Positions 15,661-24,421 of a DNA stretch of 64,000 bases are shown here, piece after piece. Both the position numbers and the translations under genes were made by a program. Positions within the stretch are counted from its first letter, which is position 1. Each line of letters begins with the position of its first letter. Source of the stretch: Candidatus Sungiibacteriota bacterium (GTDB taxonomy: Bacteria > Patescibacteriota > Minisyncoccia > Sungbacterales > HO2-52-23); assembly GCA_016432465.1 (NCBI GenBank), contig CP066690.1:526823-590822 (forward strand), written 5' to 3'. Below the pieces are notes generated by a model. The model ran no database searches, was not told where the DNA came from, and was given only the letters and a program-made list of their open reading frames with translations.

Positions 15661-16013
15661 GGTGGAGATGGGGGGAATCGGACCCCCGTCTGGAAGTTTC
15701 GGCAGCTAAAATTTATACGGGTGTATCCCACACTTTGCGGGAAGAGGTGCTCGATAAATGTCATAACCCCTATCGAGCATCTGGGTTACCAAGCTCGGTG
15801 TTATAACACCGGTTTGCTCTCTCACGAGCGTTGAGAGACCGATGCCACAAATCCGAAGATTCGTAGGGTTCTTTCGTTAAGCTACTGCGTAGGCAGGCTG
15901 CGCGAAAGATTTAAATAAGTTTGCACTTATTTGATGCGAGAATTTAACGAGTGATCTCGCGTCCTCGACCCGATTTTAACCACCTCTGACCCCCATCGAA
16001 GCCAATCATCCCC
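15661..16013 (-). ncRNA. ssrA: tmRNA (SsrA), about 353 nt
   Basis: Minus-strand 5' end GGGGAUGAUUGGCUUCGAUGGGGG. 3' end GGGGGUCCGAUUCCCCCCAUCUCCACC (T-arm plus acceptor). Internal tag ORF GCA AAC UUA ... GCU UAA encodes ANLFKSFAQPAYAVA*. smpB is adjacent. Confidence 0.8.
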
Positions 16014-16095
16014 ACTTCTTCGTTTCCTTGGAGTTTATCTTCAAAGAGACGAAGAGGTGTCCTTAGAAGCCTTGGCGAAGAAGGGCATCCATTCT

Positions 16096-16551
16096 TCAGG
16101 AAAGCTTCGAAGTGCGCAGCGCTCTTTTAACTTCTCGTTCGGTGTCACGTTTTTTGATAATCTCCCGTTTGTCTGTCTTCCTTTTATGCCGCGCGAGGCC
16201 TATTAAAATCTTCACGCGGTTACGTTTAGTATACACCTTAAGTGGCACTATCGTCAATCCTTTCTGCGCTGAGGCGCCGATAAGTTCTTTGGTTTCGGAT
16301 TTATGGAGGAGGAGTCGGCGCGTTCTAATTGGGTCGTAATCGGGTGGCGCGTTTTTGGGCTGATGTGGTGGGATGGTTGCGTTAATCAGCCACGCCTCGT
16401 TATTTTTTATAACCGCGAAAGAGCCGGATAGGTTTATATGTCCGGTTTTTATTGCCTTTACCTCAAATCCGCGTAGTTCAATACCGGCCTCGTAGGTGTC
16501 CAGGACTTCATAGTCAAAATAGGCCCGACGGTTAACCGCAATGTCTCCCAT
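16096..16551 (-). CDS. smpB: SsrA-binding protein SmpB
   Basis: Typical SmpB sequence (RRAYFDYEVLDTYEAGIELRGFEVK...). Confidence 0.9.
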   Translation of the reverse strand: MGDIAVNRRAYFDYEVLDTYEAGIELRGFEVKAIKTGHINLSGSFAVIKNNEAWLINATIPPHQPKNAPPDYDPIRTRRLLLHKSETKELIGASAQKGLTIVPLKVYTKRNRVKILIGLARHKRKTDKREIIKKRDTEREVKRALRTSKLS

Positions 16552-16590
16552 GTCTTTCTATTTTGGCTTTATTTTGTTAAAATTCAAGCC

Positions 16591-18174
16591 ATGATAAGAT
16601 CCGAAATAAAAGCCGCGTTGAGGGACGCAATCCGGAAAATATTCGGCAAAGTTGAGGCGCCGGAATTTTCTATTGAGGTTCCGGAAAATCCGGAGCATGG
16701 CGATTATGCAACAAACGTAGCGCTAGTGCTGGCCAAGCAACTGAAAAAGCCTCCGATGGAAATCGCGCATAGTCTTGCCGCGCAACTTACAACTAAAGTC
16801 GAAGTTGCCCCCCCGGGATTTATTAATTTCTGGGTTTCCCCTGCTACATTATATAAAGAACTCGTTACGGTTCTGAAAAAGAATGACAAATATGGAAAGG
16901 GAGAGAGAAAGGCAACAAAAATCTCGGTTGAGTATCTGGACGCTAACCCCACTGGGCCTGTACATATAGGCCACGGACGCAGTGGGTTTTTGGGTGATGT
17001 ACTTTCCAACGTTCTTTCTTTTTTTGGATACCGCGTGACCAGAGAGTTTTATGTGAATAATGCCAAAATTAGTGGCCAGATAAAATCGTTAGGAAAAACT
17101 GCGCTTGGAAAAGGCAGCGAATACCGCCACGCACAGCTGCTTCGTATTCTAAAAACTCAACGGGTCCATACAAAAATCAAAAAATTAAAAAACGAAAGCG
17201 AGGCAGGATTTATTATCGCGCGTATAATACAGAAAGAAAATGAGGAATTGCTTAAAGAAAAAGCAAGGATTAGTTTTGATTTATTTTTTGAAGAAGAGGC
17301 GGTTTACAAATCTGGCGACGCAGAGCGGCTTCTCGGGCGTCTTAAAAAACAAGGAATTTTGTATGAGAAAGATGGCGCTTGGTGGTTTCAGGCAAAGAAA
17401 TTCGGCGACGCAGAAGATCGTGTTTTTGTACGAAGCACCGGAGAGCCGACATATATTGTTCCGGACATTGTTTACCACCTTGATAAGTTAGTGAATCGTA
17501 AAAACGACCTTGTTATCAATATCTTTGGCGCGGACCACTATGGTTACGGACCGCGTCTTCTGGGGGCCTTGAAGGCGCTTGGTATTGAACCGGCAAGGGT
17601 TCGTATACTCATCATGCAGACAGTCCGTCTGATTAAGGGCGGAAAAGAATTTAAGATGTCAAAACGCCGCGGCCTCTTTGTGACGCTTGAGGAACTTATT
17701 AAAGAAGTCGGTTTGGATGCCGCGCGGTACTTTTTCTTGGAAAAATCTCCGGATACGCATATGGATTTTGATCTGGATTTGGCAAAAGAGCGGTCGGTGA
17801 AGAATCCGGTGTACTATATTCAATATGCCCATGCTAGAATTTCGAGCATCTTTAAAAATGCTCGAAATTCAAATTACAAATTACAAATTACAAATTACAA
17901 ATTACTTAAAGAGAGGGAAGAACTAAGACTAATTAAAAAATTGATCCAATTCACCGAGATTGTGGAGGATACCGCTCGCGATTATCAAGTTCACCGTCTG
18001 CCGCGTTATGCTTACGAGCTTGCCCGCGCTTTTCATAATTTTTACGAAAAGCACCGCGTGATTACCGAAGATAAAAATTTGACCGCCGCCCGTCTTAATC
18101 TTGTTTCCGCAACCCAAGTTGTACTGAAAAATATTCTTAGTTTGATGGGTATCGGCGCGCCTGAAAAAATGTGA
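16591..18174 (+). CDS. argS: arginyl-tRNA synthetase
   Basis: HIGH-region PTGPVHIGHGRS. Class I ArgRS anticodon-binding C-terminus. Confidence 0.9.
   Translation: MIRSEIKAALRDAIRKIFGKVEAPEFSIEVPENPEHGDYATNVALVLAKQLKKPPMEIAHSLAAQLTTKVEVAPPGFINFWVSPATLYKELVTVLKKNDKYGKGERKATKISVEYLDANPTGPVHIGHGRSGFLGDVLSNVLSFFGYRVTREFYVNNAKISGQIKSLGKTALGKGSEYRHAQLLRILKTQRVHTKIKKLKNESEAGFIIARIIQKENEELLKEKARISFDLFFEEEAVYKSGDAERLLGRLKKQGILYEKDGAWWFQAKKFGDAEDRVFVRSTGEPTYIVPDIVYHLDKLVNRKNDLVINIFGADHYGYGPRLLGALKALGIEPARVRILIMQTVRLIKGGKEFKMSKRRGLFVTLEELIKEVGLDAARYFFLEKSPDTHMDFDLDLAKERSVKNPVYYIQYAHARISSIFKNARNSNYKLQITNYKLLKEREELRLIKKLIQFTEIVEDTARDYQVHRLPRYAYELARAFHNFYEKHRVITEDKNLTAARLNLVSATQVVLKNILSLMGIGAPEKM
17837..17898. 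repeat. 13-bp perfect inverted repeat (GAATTTCGAGCAT..ATGCTCGAAATTC) followed by (AAATTAC)x4 heptamer tandem array, in frame inside argS
   Basis: Read directly. Encodes ARISSIFKNARNSNYKLQITNYKLLKE. Confidence 0.8.
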
Positions 18175-21100
18175 CTATGAATATAGAAAAATCAAAATTA
18201 AGCCTTCCGGAGTTGGCCGCCCACCGAAAATGGGCGAGCCTCGCTCTTCCGGAGCGGGAAGAAAAAATTCTGAAATTCTGGGAGGAAAATAAAATTTTTG
18301 AAAAGTCCCTTGAAAAAACTAAACGGGGAAAGACCTTTGTTTTTTACGAAGGTCCTCCGACAGCCAATGCCGCTCCCGGGATTCATCACGTTTTGGCGCG
18401 CGCCTTCAAAGACATTATTCCGCGCTACAAAACCATGCGCGGGTTTTTTGTTCCGAGAAAAGCTGGTTGGGATACGCACGGTCTGCCCGTTGAGATTCAA
18501 ATAGAAAAAGAGCTTGGATTTAAAACCAAGCAGGATATAGAAAAATACGGCATTGCCAAGTTTAACCAAAAAGCCAAGGAGTCGGTGTGGCGTTACAAAG
18601 AAGAGTGGGAAAAGCTGACTAAGCGTATTGGGTATTGGCTTGACCTTGAGCACCCTTACATAACTTATGACATCCGGTATATGGAAACCCTCTGGTGGGT
18701 TATAAAAGAAATTTGGAAAAAGGGTTTACTGGTTGAAGATTTTAAAGTAGTTCCTTGGTGCCCTAGGTGTCAGACCGGACTTTCCACGCACGAGCTCGGC
18801 CAACCCGGAGCCTACAGATTAGTAAAAGATAACTCTATATATGTAAAACTAAAAATTAAGGGCCGTAAAAACGAGTACTTATTGGTTTGGACCACAACTC
18901 CATGGACGCTTCCCGCCAATGTTGCCGTAGCCGTCAATCCCAAGATTGATTACACAAAATTTAAAATTGATGATGAATTTTTGTGGTCAGCGGTGATGCC
19001 GCCCTACGGCAAAGACCAAAAGATTACGATCATAGAAAAAGCGTCCGGCAAATCTCTTATCGGTATAAATTATGAACCGCTTTTCCGTGTTCCCCAAGGC
19101 TACTCTTGGGGTAAAGAACCGGAGTTTGTAACAATCCCGGCAGATTTTGTTTCCACCGAAGAGGGGACGGGCATGGTTCATATTGCTCCTGCCTTCGGAG
19201 ACGAAGATATGTTGGCGGCCAAGAAAACTTGGGGCGCAAGCTATCCGATTTTACACACTGTTAATGTAAACGGAAAAATGAAAAAGGGAGTAATCGGGGA
19301 GGGGAAATTTGTCAAGGATGCGGACGAGGAGATAACCGCTGACCTTAAGAGGCGTAAACTTCTTTATCGCTTGGCGCCGTACGAACACGAGTATCCCCAC
19401 TGCTGGAGATGTGATACTCCGCTGCTTTATTTTGCCCAAAACGCTTGGTGGATAAGAACCACCGCCGTAAAAGACAAGCTTCTTAAAGAAAACGAAAAAA
19501 TTAACTGGATTCCGGAGCATTTAAAACACGGCCGCTTCGGCGATTTTTTGCGCGAGCTACGCGATTGGGCTTTTTCGCGCGAGAGGTATTGGGGAACGCC
19601 GCTTCCTATTTGGAAATGTACAGGGTGCAAAAAGCAAGAAGTTATCGGCAGCAGAGAAGAATTGAGTTTACGTGTCGGCAAAGCCAAGAACCGCTATTTT
19701 GCCATGCGTCACGGCGAGTCACTTGCCAACGTCCGCCACGTTTTTGATTCCCACGACAGTAAATTTCCAATAACCCTTAGGGGACGCAGCGCAGTAGAAA
19801 AGTCCGCCAAGACATTAAAACAAAAAAAGATAGATTTTATTTTTTCTTCAGAAATTCTTCGGGCACGAGAAACTGCAGAGATTGTAGCCAGGGCCCTTGG
19901 CCATAAAGAAATAAAATTTGACAGGCGTCTTAACGAAATTGACCCGGGCGTATTTGAAGGAAGATCTCCTGCCGAATATCATAAGTTTTATACCTCTACT
20001 CTTGAGAAATGGATAAAGCCCCCTCCGCGGGGAGAGTCTTTGGGAGACGTGCGAGCAAGAGCAACAGCGCTTCTGGAGGATTTAGAGAAAAAATATATAG
20101 GCAAAAATATTCTTTTGGTGAGTCATGACTATCCGATTTGGGCCCTGTATGCCGGAGCCGTGGGTTTTTCGGACGAGGAAGCGGTGCTATTTAGGAAACA
20201 GAGACGTGGGCAAGGAGAAGAATTTGTTGATTTTGCAGAAACCATGGAAGTCCCCTACAAAATTTTACCGCGCGATGATACGGGTTCGGTAAACCTGCAC
20301 CGACCCTATGTGGATTCATTTGAGTTTCCGTGCCATAAGTGTAAATCTTCAATGCGGCGAGTATTGGAAGTGGTTGATGTCTGGTTTGATTCGGGGGCGA
20401 TGCCGTTTGCTCAAAGCCACTGGCCATTTGCTAACAACCAACAACCTAAAAAATTGCTGTACCCCGCGGATTATATTGCGGAGGCGGTGGACCAGACAAG
20501 GGGCTGGTTTTATACCTTGCTTGCCGTGGCAACGCTTCTGGGGAAAGGGGCTCCGTATAAAAATGTCATTTCACTGGGACACGTTTTGGACAAAAACGGC
20601 CAGAAAATGTCCAAGTCCAAGGGCAACGTGGTTGATCCGTGGGAGATGATTGAAAAATACGGCGCCGACGCAGTCCGCTGGTATTTTTATACGGTTAATG
20701 CGCCCGGAGAGCCAAAACGTTTTGATGAAAAAGATTTACAGGCGAAACTGCGCGGATTTCTTATGACACTCTGGAACAGCTTTGTGCTTTTTGATACGTA
20801 TATAGAAAAAATTACAAATTCCTCGCCTCGTTCAAGCTCCGGCGGAGCGGGCAAAACCCAAAACCTTCTTGATCGGTGGGTCCTCACGAAAGTAGAAATT
20901 TTGATAAAAGAAGTTACGGCAAAGCTTGAGCGCTACGATATTGCCGGAGCGGGACGCGACTTGGAAGATTTTGTTATCAACGACTTTTCGCAATGGTATT
21001 TGCGGCGCTCCCGCAGACGTTTCCAACACCCGCAGTCCAAAAAAGAATTTGAGGGAGCCGCACAAACGACTGCTACGGCTTTGTTATCTCTAGTTAAACT

Positions 21101-21713
21101 TATTGCGCCGTTTGTCCCATTTTTGTCGGAGGCAATTTATCAAGAATTGAAAAAGAAAATGTCTCTTAAGGAATTGAGCGTACATCTCACACCGTGGCCC
21201 GACAAAGAGCAAAGAACAAGGGGTAAAGAGCAAAAATTACTGGATGATATGGAAGCAGTGCGGACCATTGTGGCCGAAGCTCTGAAATTACGTGCGGTAG
21301 CAGGAATTAAGGTAAGACAACCGCTGGGTATACTACAAATTGCAAATCGCAAATTATCTAAGGAGCTTCTGGGGCTTATTAAAGACGAAGTGAATGTGAA
21401 AGATATCGTCCTTGGTAGGGTATTGAAACTTGATACTGCGCTAACCCCGGAATTAAAAGAAGAAGGTTTGGCGCGCGAATTTATCCGCAACATTCAGGAG
21501 ATGCGAAAGGATTTGGGATTAAAACCCAAACAGGTTATTCGGGGACAGATAACGGGTGATAGAGCGACCGAAGATACGATGGTCAAGTGGCAGCAGATGA
21601 TTAAAAAAGAGACCAACATGCGCGAGTTAAAAGTCGGCGGCAAAAAAGAATTTAAAATAGAGCGTGAACTTGATTTTGACGGTAAATCCTTGTGGTTGGG
21701 GATTAAAGTATAA
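18171..21713 (+). CDS. ileS: isoleucyl-tRNA synthetase (type 2) carrying an inserted histidine-phosphatase-family domain
   Basis: HIGH-type GIHHV and KMSKS. Conserved SRERYWGTPLP and HRPYVD blocks are separated by about 190 aa containing RHGES and LVSHD motifs. GTG start overlaps the argS stop. Confidence 0.9.
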   Translation: MTMNIEKSKLSLPELAAHRKWASLALPEREEKILKFWEENKIFEKSLEKTKRGKTFVFYEGPPTANAAPGIHHVLARAFKDIIPRYKTMRGFFVPRKAGWDTHGLPVEIQIEKELGFKTKQDIEKYGIAKFNQKAKESVWRYKEEWEKLTKRIGYWLDLEHPYITYDIRYMETLWWVIKEIWKKGLLVEDFKVVPWCPRCQTGLSTHELGQPGAYRLVKDNSIYVKLKIKGRKNEYLLVWTTTPWTLPANVAVAVNPKIDYTKFKIDDEFLWSAVMPPYGKDQKITIIEKASGKSLIGINYEPLFRVPQGYSWGKEPEFVTIPADFVSTEEGTGMVHIAPAFGDEDMLAAKKTWGASYPILHTVNVNGKMKKGVIGEGKFVKDADEEITADLKRRKLLYRLAPYEHEYPHCWRCDTPLLYFAQNAWWIRTTAVKDKLLKENEKINWIPEHLKHGRFGDFLRELRDWAFSRERYWGTPLPIWKCTGCKKQEVIGSREELSLRVGKAKNRYFAMRHGESLANVRHVFDSHDSKFPITLRGRSAVEKSAKTLKQKKIDFIFSSEILRARETAEIVARALGHKEIKFDRRLNEIDPGVFEGRSPAEYHKFYTSTLEKWIKPPPRGESLGDVRARATALLEDLEKKYIGKNILLVSHDYPIWALYAGAVGFSDEEAVLFRKQRRGQGEEFVDFAETMEVPYKILPRDDTGSVNLHRPYVDSFEFPCHKCKSSMRRVLEVVDVWFDSGAMPFAQSHWPFANNQQPKKLLYPADYIAEAVDQTRGWFYTLLAVATLLGKGAPYKNVISLGHVLDKNGQKMSKSKGNVVDPWEMIEKYGADAVRWYFYTVNAPGEPKRFDEKDLQAKLRGFLMTLWNSFVLFDTYIEKITNSSPRSSSGGAGKTQNLLDRWVLTKVEILIKEVTAKLERYDIAGAGRDLEDFVINDFSQWYLRRSRRRFQHPQSKKEFEGAAQTTATALLSLVKLIAPFVPFLSEAIYQELKKKMSLKELSVHLTPWPDKEQRTRGKEQKLLDDMEAVRTIVAEALKLRAVAGIKVRQPLGILQIANRKLSKELLGLIKDEVNVKDIVLGRVLKLDTALTPELKEEGLAREFIRNIQEMRKDLGLKPKQVIRGQITGDRATEDTMVKWQQMIKKETNMRELKVGGKKEFKIERELDFDGKSLWLGIKV

Positions 21714-22028
21714 GAAGTGTCATGGTGGATAAAGAAAAATGCCACACATTGGTGGCACTACTTGCGAAGGATTGAAAGGAGTGAGTTGAGAGAAATCCAT
21801 GCAGCAGCCGCAAACGAGAATGACGCTTGTACATGACCGGTCAAATGATATACTCCATAGCCGACAAAAAGACCGAATAGCATAGATTGCGCTTGATATC
21901 TGTTGATCATTGCGTCCTCCGCGTGTTTGATAGACCTATTTGATAGAGTAGCAAATTCAGATATGAATTATAAGAGTCACTATAGGATAGGAATGAAGTA
22001 ACAAAGGTGCCACAGTAATTTTTAAGTT

Positions 22029-22490
22029 ATGCACACCACCGAAGGCATTATTTTGAGAAAACAAGACTTCGGAGAAGCGGACGCCGTTTTTACTATTTAT
22101 ACCAAAGATTTTGGCAAGCTTCGCCTGCTGGCGCAGGGAGTAAAAAAGGAAGGGGCAAAACTAAAAGGACATCTGGAGCCGTTGAATCATGCCCGCATAA
22201 CTTTTGTGCTTGGTAGAAACGGAGAACGCCTAACTCACGCCACCCTGCTTAATTTTGGGCCGGAGCTTCGCACTGATTTTGCTAAACTTTACGCAGCACA
22301 CCGTGTTGTCGGCTGCATTGACAACCGGACATTTCCCGGCGAAAGAGATAGACCGCTTTGGGACTTGTTGGTCAATAGTTTAACACGGCTGGACAACGGC
22401 GCTTTTAGCGCCTCGGAACTACAGCTGTTTTTTGGTTCTTTTGAGAAAGAGCTGGAAGCCTGCCTTGGTTACGGCAGGCCAGAGTCGTAG
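22029..22490 (+). CDS. recO: DNA repair protein RecO-like (short, N-terminal OB-fold region only)
   Basis: GIILRKQDFGEADAVFTIYTKDFGKLRLLAQGVKK...LEPLN matches the RecO N-domain pattern. Confidence 0.55.
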   Translation: MHTTEGIILRKQDFGEADAVFTIYTKDFGKLRLLAQGVKKEGAKLKGHLEPLNHARITFVLGRNGERLTHATLLNFGPELRTDFAKLYAAHRVVGCIDNRTFPGERDRPLWDLLVNSLTRLDNGAFSASELQLFFGSFEKELEACLGYGRPES

Positions 22491-22496
22491 GTCTTG

Positions 22497-22505
22497 TGGT
22501 ATAAT
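22497..22505 (+). promoter_or_regulatory. extended -10 element TGgTATAAT directly abutting the downstream ATGs
   Basis: TGG-TATAAT at 22497-22505. ATGs at 22504 and 22513. Possible leaderless transcript. Confidence 0.3.
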
Positions 22506-24411
22506 GGATGTCATGAGCAAACTTGAGGAACTTGAAGAAGAACTATACGGAGAAAACGAAGGAGATCTTAAAAAGCGGATGAGCCGCAGGATAGTTTTTC
22601 CGGGAACGCTCCAGAAGCCACCGGTTTCGTGGCTAGAGCGTAAAATTAAAGCTGGCGTAGAGAAGGGGGTCGGCGTGGGAAGCAGGGTGCCAAAGTTGCT
22701 TGTGGCAGTTTTTGCCATTTTTTTAATCGTCGGCGGCGCATTATTTATTTTCTTATATCTTGGCACACGGGGTCAGGAAGCAGAAATAGAAGTTCAGGGG
22801 CGCGAAAAAATAGAATCCGGTGAAATTCTGACTATTCCCATAGTTTTTCGCAACACCTCACGAAGTACACTGAAAGAAGTTGAGCTTACCATTATTATTC
22901 CAGAAGGTTCTTTGGTGCGCGAGGGGGGCAGAGAGTTTCCCGCTCCGTCCCGCATCATCAGGAAAATAAAAGATTTAGCGCCCGGCGAGGGAGACGAGGA
23001 AGAAACGGTAGTACGTCTTTTCGGACGCGAAGGCGAGGGTAAAACAGTTGAGGTCAACCTTCTTTATCGTCCCGAGAACCTTCGCGCCCGGTTTTCTTCC
23101 CGCAGCTCAAAGACGTTTACGGTTAGCAAGGTGCCGCTGGCTTTGTCTTGGGAGCTTCCGGAGATTTTGTCGTCGGGACAGGAGGTTGAAGCAAAGATTC
23201 GTTACACCTCGTCTTCTCCCCTTACTTTTGAAAAGGTATCGCTGCGTCTTGAATATCCGCAGGGATTTATTTATAAGTCAGCCGACCCCAAGCCAAGTCT
23301 CGGAGACACAATTTGGGATTTAGGAACAGTGGGGCCCGGTAGTGACGGGTTTGTAACTTTTCGGGGAACCATATCCGGCGGAGAGGGCGAGGTTAAAACA
23401 TTTCAAGCGGGTCTTGGCGTTTTTAATATCTTAACCAAAGAGTGGCGTCCTTGGAGCGAAGCAAGTTATGAGGCCAAAATTGCCATTGCGCCTCTTTCGG
23501 TGCAGGGATTTCTTGATAGTGTGCGTGAGAGGTTGATCACACCCGGAGAGCGCCTGAATTTTACCGTTCGCTACAAAAACAATACCGCCTCGGATTTAAA
23601 AAACATAACCATACGGGCGTTTTTGGACGGCAGCATTCTTTCCCGGGACACTGTGGTAACTAGTAAAGGTGGTACGTTGCTCGCCGCAGAAAATGCTATT
23701 ATTTGGGGTCCGGGAGGCACACCCGAACTCCGTGTTGTGGAGGCGGGCAAAGAGGGGGGGGTTGATTTTCACGTAGATACTCGCGAGCAGCCGGTTGTCA
23801 GAAACGTCGGCGACAAAAATTTGCAGGTTCGTCTGCGTCTTACCATTGAGGCGGCGACCACGCCCAAAGAATTTATCGGCACGAGTCTTGCCTCGGAAGA
23901 CAATCTTGAGTTTAAGGTGCGCTCTAAAGTTATTTTTTCTGGAAGGGCCTTATATCGTTTGTCGCCCCTCATTAACTCCGGACCTCTGCCACCTAAGGCT
24001 GGCAGCAAAACTTTTTACACCGTTGTTTGGGAGGTGAGAAATTTTACTAACAATATGCAAAACGTAGAAATAACTACAGCATTGCCCCCTAACGTAAAAT
24101 GGGAAAACGCGTTTTCTCCCAAGGACGCACGTATAATTTTTGACGAGGCGTCGTCCGAGGTTCGTTGGAAAATAGGATCCCTGCGGGCGGGCATCGGGGT
24201 TCTTGCTCCGGCTCTTGTCGGTGCCTTTCAGATATCGGTTGTTCCTTCCTCAGCCGATGTTGGGAAACCGCTTATACTTACGAGCAAGTCTTTATTTCTC
24301 GGGACCGACACCTTTACGGGCGAGAATATTGAAATGACATCAGGCGAACTTACCACCGAACTTCGTGAAGACGCGGCCACTTCTGCCAAAGACTGGTCTG
24401 TGGTAAGGTAG
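22504..24411 (+). CDS. large membrane-anchored surface protein, hypothetical
   Basis: Acidic N-terminus. Single TM (LLVAVFAIFLIVGGALFIFLYL). Beta-rich extracytoplasmic domain of about 560 aa. Start may be 22513. Confidence 0.55.
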   Translation: MDVMSKLEELEEELYGENEGDLKKRMSRRIVFPGTLQKPPVSWLERKIKAGVEKGVGVGSRVPKLLVAVFAIFLIVGGALFIFLYLGTRGQEAEIEVQGREKIESGEILTIPIVFRNTSRSTLKEVELTIIIPEGSLVREGGREFPAPSRIIRKIKDLAPGEGDEEETVVRLFGREGEGKTVEVNLLYRPENLRARFSSRSSKTFTVSKVPLALSWELPEILSSGQEVEAKIRYTSSSPLTFEKVSLRLEYPQGFIYKSADPKPSLGDTIWDLGTVGPGSDGFVTFRGTISGGEGEVKTFQAGLGVFNILTKEWRPWSEASYEAKIAIAPLSVQGFLDSVRERLITPGERLNFTVRYKNNTASDLKNITIRAFLDGSILSRDTVVTSKGGTLLAAENAIIWGPGGTPELRVVEAGKEGGVDFHVDTREQPVVRNVGDKNLQVRLRLTIEAATTPKEFIGTSLASEDNLEFKVRSKVIFSGRALYRLSPLINSGPLPPKAGSKTFYTVVWEVRNFTNNMQNVEITTALPPNVKWENAFSPKDARIIFDEASSEVRWKIGSLRAGIGVLAPALVGAFQISVVPSSADVGKPLILTSKSLFLGTDTFTGENIEMTSGELTTELREDAATSAKDWSVVR

Positions 24412-24421
24412 CGGCATAATT

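Noticed and set aside
15307-15834. 175-aa plus-strand ORF
   Set aside because: It overlaps the infC 5' region and the tmRNA gene on the opposite strand. There is no SD or homology. It is a spurious ORF across an RNA gene.
17865-17898. CAAATTACAAATTAC... tandem array considered as a possible CRISPR or minisatellite locus
   Set aside because: The units are only 7 nt with no spacers. The array is in frame inside argS. It is not a CRISPR array.
18198-18653. 151-aa minus-strand ORF inside ileS
   Set aside because: It is antisense to a highly conserved aaRS coding region and is spurious.
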